64,000 nucleotides of DNA from Candidatus Sericytochromatia bacterium. GTDB lineage: Bacteria > Cyanobacteriota > Sericytochromatia > S15B-MN24 > VGJW01. The DNA is taken from assembly GCA_035285865.1 (NCBI GenBank), contig JAYKHS010000024.1, positions 1 to 64,000 on the forward strand, read 5' to 3'. Position 1 is the first letter of the stretch, and each line of letters begins with the position of its first letter. A program made the position numbers and the translations under genes. Positions 57,165 through 64,000 of this stretch are shown here, in pieces. The notes under the pieces were generated by a model. The model was given only the letters and a program-made list of their open reading frames with translations. It did not search any database and was not told the origin of the DNA.

Positions 57165-58166
57165 ATGACCAAGGCCGCACGGCCCCGCCCTGATGCCGCA
57201 CGAACGCGCGTCAGCGTTGTAGCGCCCTGCTACGACGAGGAAGAAGGCCTGCCGGCCCTGCGGGCTCGGTTGACGGACGTGCTCGATAGGCTCGGCAGCC
57301 CCTGGGAACTGATCCTTGTCGATGACGGCAGCCGGGACGGCACGCTCGACCTGATGCGCGCCTTCGCGTCCGAGGACCCGCGCATCAAGGCCGTCGGCCT
57401 GTCGCGCAACTTCGGCCATCAGGTCGCGGCAACCGCCGGTCTCGACCATGCAACGGGGGACGCCATCATCCTCATCGACGCGGACCTGCAGGACCCGCCC
57501 GAACTGATCCCGCAGATGCTCGAGCTGTGGCGGGAAGGCTGGGATGTCGTGTATGCCCAGAGGCGCACGCGCGTCGGTGAAACCGCCTTCAAGCGCTGGA
57601 CGGCCCAGGCCTTCTACCGCATCCTGCGCAGCCTGACGCAGGTCCACATTCCGCTCGACACCGGCGACTTCCGCCTGATGGACCGCAAGGTGGTCGATGC
57701 CCTGCACCAGCTGCCCGAACGGCACCGGTTCCTGCGCGGGCTCGTGAGCTGGGTCGGCTTCCGCCAGACAGGACTGGTCTTCGACCGAGCCGAACGGTTC
57801 GCCGGCAGCACCAAGTATCCTCTGCGCAAGATGCTGGCTTTCGCGCTGGACGGCATCACGGGCTTCTCCTTCCTGCCCTTGCAGGTCGCCTCGTGGCTGG
57901 GCGTCTGGGTCTCGGTCATGGCCTTCTTCTCGATCTGCTGGGTACTTTGGGAGACCCTCGTGCGGCATGGCACCGTCCCGGGCTGGGCCTCGCTGATGGT
58001 GGCCATCCTTTTCCTCGGCGGCGTCCAGTTGCTGACCATCGGTCTCATCGGCGAGTACATCGGCCGCATTCTCGACGAAGTCCGCCAGCGACCGCTGTAT
58101 CTGGTGCGCGAACAGCACAACGTGGACCTCCAGTCGCATGCATTGCGCGAGGCCGAACGCCCTTGA
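57165..58166 (+). CDS. GtrB-like polyprenol-phosphate glycosyltransferase (GT2)
   Basis: VDDGSRD, SRNFGHQ, IDADLQDPP, GDFRLMDR, two C-terminal TMs, GEYIGRI. Confidence 0.92.
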   Translation: MTKAARPRPDAARTRVSVVAPCYDEEEGLPALRARLTDVLDRLGSPWELILVDDGSRDGTLDLMRAFASEDPRIKAVGLSRNFGHQVAATAGLDHATGDAIILIDADLQDPPELIPQMLELWREGWDVVYAQRRTRVGETAFKRWTAQAFYRILRSLTQVHIPLDTGDFRLMDRKVVDALHQLPERHRFLRGLVSWVGFRQTGLVFDRAERFAGSTKYPLRKMLAFALDGITGFSFLPLQVASWLGVWVSVMAFFSICWVLWETLVRHGTVPGWASLMVAILFLGGVQLLTIGLIGEYIGRILDEVRQRPLYLVREQHNVDLQSHALREAERP

Positions 58167-58918
58167 GCCCGGATCGTCCCCTGCTGTCGGTCCTGATGCC
58201 GGTCTTCAACGAGACAGGTTCCATCCGCCAGATTCTGGCCAAGGTCCGTGCCGTGCCACTGGATCTCGAGATTGTCGTCGTCGACGATGGTTCCTCGGAC
58301 GGCACGCGGCAGATTCTGGAAACGGAAGGCCGGGTGCCCGGCACGCGCGTCATTCTCCATCCCCACAATCAGGGCAAGGGAGCGGCCATCCGCACCGGTC
58401 TGCGGGAGGTCTCCGGCCGCTACGTCGTGGTTCAGGACGCGGACCTCGAGTACGAACCCGATGAGTTGCCCGGGCTGCTCGCCCCGCTCGAGGCCGGCGA
58501 GGCAGACGTCGTGTACGGCAGCCGTTTCCTGGGCAATCCGCAGGACATGTCGTTCCTGCACCTGTTCGGCAACAAGTTCCTGACCTTCGTCACCAACGTG
58601 CTCTATGGAGCCCGACTGACGGACATGGAGACCTGCTACAAGGTCTTCCGGACCGAACTGGTCCAGCCGATGACCATAGTCTCCGACCGTTTCGACTTCG
58701 AGCCCGAGATCACCGCCAAGGTCCTCAGGATGGGCCTGCGCGTCGCCGAACGGCCCATCCGGTATCATGGACGCAAGGCCCACGAGGGCAAGAAGATCAC
58801 CTGGCGGGACGGTTTCGCAGCATTGGCCGCGCTCTGGCGTTGGCGCTGGGCGCCCATGTCGGCCATCCGCAGCGCAGCCGCAAGCGCCACCGCAAGCAGC
58901 AGGAGCAGAACACAATGA
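58163..58918 (+). CDS. DPM1-like GT2 glycosyltransferase
   Basis: MPVFNE, DDGSSDG, NQGKG, QDADLEY, VYGSRF, TDMETCYK, EGKKITWRDG. Confidence 0.9.
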   Translation: MSPDRPLLSVLMPVFNETGSIRQILAKVRAVPLDLEIVVVDDGSSDGTRQILETEGRVPGTRVILHPHNQGKGAAIRTGLREVSGRYVVVQDADLEYEPDELPGLLAPLEAGEADVVYGSRFLGNPQDMSFLHLFGNKFLTFVTNVLYGARLTDMETCYKVFRTELVQPMTIVSDRFDFEPEITAKVLRMGLRVAERPIRYHGRKAHEGKKITWRDGFAALAALWRWRWAPMSAIRSAAASATASSRSRTQ

Positions 58919-59982
58919 AGGGCCTCATCCTCAGCGGCGGCAAAGGCACGCGCCTTCGCCCCATCACCCACACGGCAGCCAAGCAGCTGGTGCCCGTGGC
59001 CAACAAGCCCATCCTGTTCTATGCCATCGAGGCCATGGTGGACGCCGGCATCCGGGATATCGGCATCATCGTCGGGGACACGCACCTCGAGGTCCGCGAA
59101 GCCGTGGGAGACGGCAGCACGTGGGGCGCCCGCGTCACCTACATCCAGCAGGAGGCCCCGCTCGGCCTGGCGCATGCCGTCAAGATTTCCGAGGAGTTCA
59201 TGGCCGGCGACGCCTTCGTCATGTATCTGGGCGACAACCTGATCCGCGGTGGCCTGCAACCCTTCGTGCGCCAGTTCGAAGAGGACAAGCCGGATGCGAT
59301 GATCCTGCTGGCCCACGTGACCAATCCACGGCAGTTCGGCGTTGCCGAGCTGGGCGAGGACGGCCGGGTCGTCCGCCTCGAAGAAAAGCCCCCCGAGCCG
59401 CGAACCGATCTGGCGCTGGTGGGCGTGTACCTCTTCACCCCGAGGATTTTTGACGCCGTTCACGCCATCCGTCCCTCGACGCGCGGCGAGCTGGAGATCA
59501 CGGACGCCATCCAGTACCTCATCGATCACCAGCATCGCGTGATGCCCCACGTCATCAAGGGATGGTGGAAGGACACGGGCAAGCTCAGCGACATGCTCGA
59601 AGCCAACCGCATCATGCTCGATGACCTCGACAGCAAGGTCGAAGGCCGCCTCGAGGGCAACAGCCAGGTCCAGGGCCGTGTCGTCCTTGCCCCGGATGCG
59701 GTGCTGATCGACACGGTGGTCCGCGGTCCGGCGATCATCGGCCCCGGGGCGCGCCTCGAGCACACGTTCGTGGGTCCCTATACCTCCATCGGCCCCGACG
59801 TCACCATCACGGGCAGCGAGATCGAGCACTCCATCGTGCTGGCCGGAAGCCGCATCACCAACCTCGACGGGCGCATCACCGATAGCCTGCTGGGCAAGGA
59901 CGTCGAGATCTGCCGGTCGGACCTGACGCCTCGTGCCCATCGGCTGATGATTGGCGACCACGGGCGCGTGGAACTGCCCTAA
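58915..59982 (+). CDS. rfbA: glucose-1-phosphate thymidylyltransferase, long form
   Basis: LSGGKGTRLRP, KQLVPVANKP, PLGLAHA, RGELEITD, WWKDTG, C-terminal hexapeptide region. Confidence 0.93.
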   Translation: MKGLILSGGKGTRLRPITHTAAKQLVPVANKPILFYAIEAMVDAGIRDIGIIVGDTHLEVREAVGDGSTWGARVTYIQQEAPLGLAHAVKISEEFMAGDAFVMYLGDNLIRGGLQPFVRQFEEDKPDAMILLAHVTNPRQFGVAELGEDGRVVRLEEKPPEPRTDLALVGVYLFTPRIFDAVHAIRPSTRGELEITDAIQYLIDHQHRVMPHVIKGWWKDTGKLSDMLEANRIMLDDLDSKVEGRLEGNSQVQGRVVLAPDAVLIDTVVRGPAIIGPGARLEHTFVGPYTSIGPDVTITGSEIEHSIVLAGSRITNLDGRITDSLLGKDVEICRSDLTPRAHRLMIGDHGRVELP

Positions 59983-59997
59983 CAAGGAGCCTTCCCC

Positions 59998-61029
59998 ATG
60001 AAGATTCTCGTCACCGGCGGCTGCGGCTTCATCGGCAGCAATCTGGTCCGGCACCTTCTCGAGACCCGCCCCGAGGACACGGTCGTCAACCTGGACGTGC
60101 TGACCTATGCCGCGTGTCCGGAGAGTCTCAGCGACTTCGAGACGCACCCCCGCTACAGCTTCATCCGGGGCGACATCACGGACCGTGAGGTCGTCGCGAC
60201 TGCGATGCAGGGCGTCGATGCCGTCATGCACCTCGCGGCCGAAAGCCACGTCGACCGGTCGATCACCGATCCCGAGGCCTTCGTGCGCACGAACGTACTC
60301 GGCACTCAGACCCTGCTGGACGTGGCGCGCCATCAGGGCGTCACCCGCTTCCTCTACTGCAGCACCGACGAGGTCATGGGCACCCTTGGACCGACGGGCC
60401 TGTTCTCCGAGGACACGCCTATCCAGCCCAACTCACCCTATTCGGCCTCCAAGGCAGGTGGCGAGCTGCTGGCACGCGCCTTCCACCACACCTACGGCAT
60501 GGAAACGGTCATCACCCGTTGCTCCAACAACTATGGTCCTTACCAGTTCCCCGAGAAGCTCATCCCGCTCTTCCTCTTGAACCTGCTTCAGGGTGGCACG
60601 GTACCCGTTTACGGCGACGGCCTGAACGTGCGCGACTGGCTGTACGTGCTCGACCACTGCCGTGCCCTGGACCTCGTGCTGCGAACCGGCACCCCGGGCG
60701 AGGTCTACTGCGTCGGAGGCAATGCGGAGCGCACCAACCTGTTCATCACCCATTGGCTGATCGAGCGCCTTGGGCGCGACGCCTCGGCCATCCGGTACGT
60801 CCAGGACCGCCCGGGACACGACCGTCGCTACGCCATCGACGCCTCGAAGATCAAGCGTGACCTCGGCTGGGAACCTTCCGTCGGATTCGAGGAGGGCATG
60901 GAGGCCACCGTGGCGTGGTACCTCGCCAATGAGGCTTGGTGGCGTCCTTTGCAGGAGCGGGGCCTCGATGCCACCCGTGCCGCGGCCAACCGGACGCTGG
61001 CGGCAGGAACGGCCGAGGGCCACCGTTGA
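59998..61029 (+). CDS. rfbB: dTDP-glucose 4,6-dehydratase
   Basis: TGGCGFIG, AAESHVDRS, STDEV, PYSASK, NNYGPYQFPEK, RPGHDRRY. Confidence 0.96.
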   Translation: MKILVTGGCGFIGSNLVRHLLETRPEDTVVNLDVLTYAACPESLSDFETHPRYSFIRGDITDREVVATAMQGVDAVMHLAAESHVDRSITDPEAFVRTNVLGTQTLLDVARHQGVTRFLYCSTDEVMGTLGPTGLFSEDTPIQPNSPYSASKAGGELLARAFHHTYGMETVITRCSNNYGPYQFPEKLIPLFLLNLLQGGTVPVYGDGLNVRDWLYVLDHCRALDLVLRTGTPGEVYCVGGNAERTNLFITHWLIERLGRDASAIRYVQDRPGHDRRYAIDASKIKRDLGWEPSVGFEEGMEATVAWYLANEAWWRPLQERGLDATRAAANRTLAAGTAEGHR

Positions 61030-62420
61030 AGGTCGCGGTCGTCGGCGCCGGCTATGTCGGCCTGGTGACCGGCGCCTGTCTTGCCTGGCTGGAACATGAC
61101 GTCATTCTGGTCGAGAACGACGTGGAAAGGTGCGCGGCCATCTCGGTCGGGCAATGTCCCATCCACGAGCCGGGCCTTCCCGAATTGCTGGGCGAAACGC
61201 TCGCCACCGGGCACCTGAGGATCGTCAGCAACCTCGAGCAGATACCTTCGGCGCCCGATGTGGTCTTCATCGCCGTCGGAACGCCCCCGCTACCTTCCGG
61301 AGAGCCCGACTTGTCGGCTCTAGAGTCCGTCGCGCGAGGCATCGGTCAGCACCTCGACCCCGAGGCTGGCATTCTCGTCGTCAACAAGAGCACCGTGCCC
61401 ATCGGCTCGGGGAACTGGGTCGAGATGCTCATCGAGGAAGGCCTCTCGAAGCGGTCGGTCGTGGCCGGGCGCTCTGCAGAACGCAAGAGCCACAAGTTCC
61501 TCGTGGCATCCAACCCGGAATTCCTGCGCGAGGGCTCGGCCATCGGCGACACGCTGCATCCCGACCGAATCGTCACGGGTGCTGGCGATGCGCGTGCCTT
61601 CGCCATCCTGCGCCAGTTGTACCGGCCCATCCTCGAGCAGGACTTCCCGGTCCCACCCGCGCTGGGCCTGAGCAGCCAGGGCCATCCCGTCCCGCTGGTC
61701 GAGACGGACCTCGCCTCGGCCGAGCTGGTCAAGTATGCGGCCAACGCGTTCCTCGCGACCAAGATCAGCTTCATCAACGAGATGGCAGCCATGGCAGAGA
61801 AGGTGGGCGCAGACATCACCGAAGTTGCCCGAGGCATTGGCCTCGACGCGCGTATCGGTCCGCGCTTCTTGCAGGCCGGCATCGGCTGGGGAGGTTCATG
61901 CTTCCGCAAGGATGTGCAGGCGCTCCAGGCCACGGCTCGGGAGTATGGCGTCCAGACCCGGCTGCTGGAGGCCGCCGTCGCGGTCAATGATCATCAGCGC
62001 CACGTGGTGCTCATCAAGCTCCAGGAGCACCTGAAGATTCTCAAGGGCCGGACCATCGGCCTGCTCGGTCTCTCCTTCAAGCCGGACACCGACGATCTGC
62101 GCGACGCCCCGAGCCACACGATCGCGTTCCAGTTGCTCAAAGCCGGCGCCCGCGTACGCGTGCACGACCCCGTGGCCATGCCCCAGGCACGACGCCAGTG
62201 GACCGATCTGGACCTCGTCTACACCGTAGACGCGCTTGAACTCGCCGAAGGGTGCGATGCGCTGGTCCTCGTCACGGAGTGGCCCACCTACCGTAAGGTG
62301 GACCTCGTGGCACTGGCCTCACGCATGCGCGGCCGAGTCCTCGTGGATGGCCGCAACGTTCTCGAACCCCAGCGTGCCCGGGAAGCCGGTCTGCAGCTGG
62401 TAGGCGTGGGCCGCGGCTGA
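61026..62420 (+). CDS. ugd: UDP-glucose 6-dehydrogenase
   Basis: GAGYVG, KSTVP, NPEFLREG, KYAANAFLA.KISF.NE, GGSCFRKD, FKPDTDDLR. TTGA overlap with rfbB. Confidence 0.93.
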   Translation: MKVAVVGAGYVGLVTGACLAWLEHDVILVENDVERCAAISVGQCPIHEPGLPELLGETLATGHLRIVSNLEQIPSAPDVVFIAVGTPPLPSGEPDLSALESVARGIGQHLDPEAGILVVNKSTVPIGSGNWVEMLIEEGLSKRSVVAGRSAERKSHKFLVASNPEFLREGSAIGDTLHPDRIVTGAGDARAFAILRQLYRPILEQDFPVPPALGLSSQGHPVPLVETDLASAELVKYAANAFLATKISFINEMAAMAEKVGADITEVARGIGLDARIGPRFLQAGIGWGGSCFRKDVQALQATAREYGVQTRLLEAAVAVNDHQRHVVLIKLQEHLKILKGRTIGLLGLSFKPDTDDLRDAPSHTIAFQLLKAGARVRVHDPVAMPQARRQWTDLDLVYTVDALELAEGCDALVLVTEWPTYRKVDLVALASRMRGRVLVDGRNVLEPQRAREAGLQLVGVGRG

Positions 62421-62421
62421 G

Positions 62422-63366
62422 ATGGCGCGCGCACTGGTGGCCGGCGGAGCCGGTTTTGTCGGCTCGCACCTGGTTGATGCCCTGTTGGCCGCAGGCCACG
62501 AGGTCGTCGCGGTCGACAACCTCTGCACCGGTCGCCGCGCCAACCTTGACCAAGCCCTTGCCTCGGGACGGTGCAGCCTCGTCGAAGCCGACCTGAGCGA
62601 GGGCCTGCCCGAGATCTCGCCCTGCGACACGGTGTGGCACCTTGCCTCGCCTGCATCACCGCCCGACTATGGCCGCATGCCCATCGAGACGCTCCGCGTG
62701 GGCTCCGAGGGCACCAGACATCTCCTCGAGGCCAGCCGGCGCTGGCAGGCCCGCTTCCTGCTGGCCTCGACGTCCGAGGTCTACGGCGATCCGCAGGTCC
62801 ATCCCCAGACCGAGGGCTACTGGGGTAACGTCAACCCTATCGGTTGGCGCAGCTGCTACGACGAAGCCAAGCGCTACGCCGAGGCCTTGACGATGGCCTA
62901 TCGTCGCACGCACGGCCTCGACACGCGGATTGTCCGGATCTTCAACACCTATGGCCCGCGGATGCGTGCGGACGACGGCAGGGTCGTCTCCAACTTCATC
63001 TGCCAGGCCTTGGAAGGCCAGCCGCTGACCCTGTACGGCACGGGCGACCAAACCCGCTCGTTCCAGTATGTCTCGGACCTCGTGGCCGGCTTGCAGGCAT
63101 GGATGGCCGGGGGGGACGACATGCCGGTCAACCTGGGCAATCCCGGCGAGTTCACCATTCGCGAACTGGCCGACACGCTGGACCGGATGCTGGGCCTCGA
63201 GACCGGCAGGGAGCATCGCCCCCTGCCGCCGGATGACCCGAGGCAACGCCGGCCCGACATCACCCGAGCGACCGCCACCGTTGGCTGGAAGCCGGTCGTG
63301 CCGCTGGCCGAGGGCCTGGACTTGACTGCCGACTGGTTCAGGCAGGCGACAGACAGGTCCACGTGA
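62422..63366 (+). CDS. uxs: UDP-glucuronate decarboxylase (UDP-xylose synthase)
   Basis: GGAGFVG, HLASPASP, STSEVYGDP, YWGNVNPIG.RSCYDEAKR, RIFNTYGP, DDPRQRRPD. Confidence 0.9.
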   Translation: MARALVAGGAGFVGSHLVDALLAAGHEVVAVDNLCTGRRANLDQALASGRCSLVEADLSEGLPEISPCDTVWHLASPASPPDYGRMPIETLRVGSEGTRHLLEASRRWQARFLLASTSEVYGDPQVHPQTEGYWGNVNPIGWRSCYDEAKRYAEALTMAYRRTHGLDTRIVRIFNTYGPRMRADDGRVVSNFICQALEGQPLTLYGTGDQTRSFQYVSDLVAGLQAWMAGGDDMPVNLGNPGEFTIRELADTLDRMLGLETGREHRPLPPDDPRQRRPDITRATATVGWKPVVPLAEGLDLTADWFRQATDRST

Positions 63367-64000
63367 GCGCTTGCCCGAGTGTCGGCCTGGATGTGCGGAT
63401 GTGGCACCACACGGGCATCGGCCGTTACATCCGGGAGCTGTGGACCCGCCTTCCGGCCCATGATGTCCGGCTGGTGCCCTACGGGCCACCGAAAGTCCTC
63501 GCGGACCTCGACCAGCCGGGGATTCCCCTCGAAGCCCCGCTACATTCCATCCGCGAGCAAGTGGTCTTGGGCCTCGCCATCAGACAGCATCGGCCGGACC
63601 TCTTCCACGCGCCACACATCACGGCACCCCTGGCCTGTCCCGTGCCACTGGTCACCACGATCCACGACCTGATTCCCCTGCACGTGCCTGTCCTCGGACG
63701 ACTCGGCACGGCCTACGTGCGGATGATGGGCACCAGGCTGGTGCCGGCAGGGTCGCGCCGGATCCTGACGGTCTCGGCCTTCACCCGCGACGACATGGTC
63801 GCGCGCGGTGTCCCTGCCGAGCGCATCACCGTGACCCCGCTCGGAGTGGACCCGGCCTTCGGGGTGCACGTTCCCCGGGACCAAATAGCCGCGCTGCGCG
63901 CACGACTCGACCTGCCGGACAAGTACCTGCTGCACGTCGGCCAGTGGAAACCTCACAAGGGCCTTGCAACGGTGCTGCAGGCGATGGCGCGCCTGACGAG
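63363..64000 (+). CDS. GT4 glycosyltransferase (partial, runs off the window edge)
   Basis: Translated by hand from GTG 63363: GLDVRM..TGIGRY, DLFHAP, VTTIHDLIP, ILTVS, VGQWKPHKG. Confidence 0.85.
   Translation, partial: MSACPSVGLDVRMWHHTGIGRYIRELWTRLPAHDVRLVPYGPPKVLADLDQPGIPLEAPLHSIREQVVLGLAIRQHRPDLFHAPHITAPLACPVPLVTTIHDLIPLHVPVLGRLGTAYVRMMGTRLVPAGSRRILTVSAFTRDDMVARGVPAERITVTPLGVDPAFGVHVPRDQIAALRARLDLPDKYLLHVGQWKPHKGLATVLQAMARLT

Overview
High-GC bacterial chromosome window (spot counts about 70% GC in housekeeping genes). The cyanobacteria-type RecG N-terminus hints at a non-photosynthetic Cyanobacteriota relative such as Sericytochromatia; this is inference only. Core content: gap-pgk-tpiA-gpmI, recG-rsmD, arginase, sbcDC, rnhB, a Ski2/HelY-like helicase coupled to an orphan methyltransferase, xseAB, a GH57 plus tandem HD-GYP pair, tRNA-Arg(CCT), three lipoprotein subtilases, and a surface-glycan cluster (rfbD, GT2s, YfhO-like, rfbA, rfbB, ugd, uxs, GT4). 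The most notable element is a lower-GC, tightly coupled minus-strand operon at about 955-9762, directly downstream of gpmI. It encodes a vWA lipoprotein, a multi-TM coiled-coil protein, a ZorA-like MotA protein with a long tail, a ZorB-like MotB/OmpA protein, a beta-helix-TM-pentapeptide protein, a cytoplasmic beta-helix protein, a membrane-anchored HIRAN protein and two small ORFs. It looks like a Zorya-like motor with none of the known Zorya effectors. Other signals: a guanylate-cyclase-type class III cyclase, XseA with an extra HARP-like N-terminal domain, recurring leaderless promoters, hairpins covering start codons or ribosome-binding sites, a 7x LNNTSA repeat lipoprotein and a pseudogenised nucleotidyltransferase. 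No CRISPR array, rRNA, integrase or transposase was seen. All family calls come from motifs read by eye; no database searches were run.
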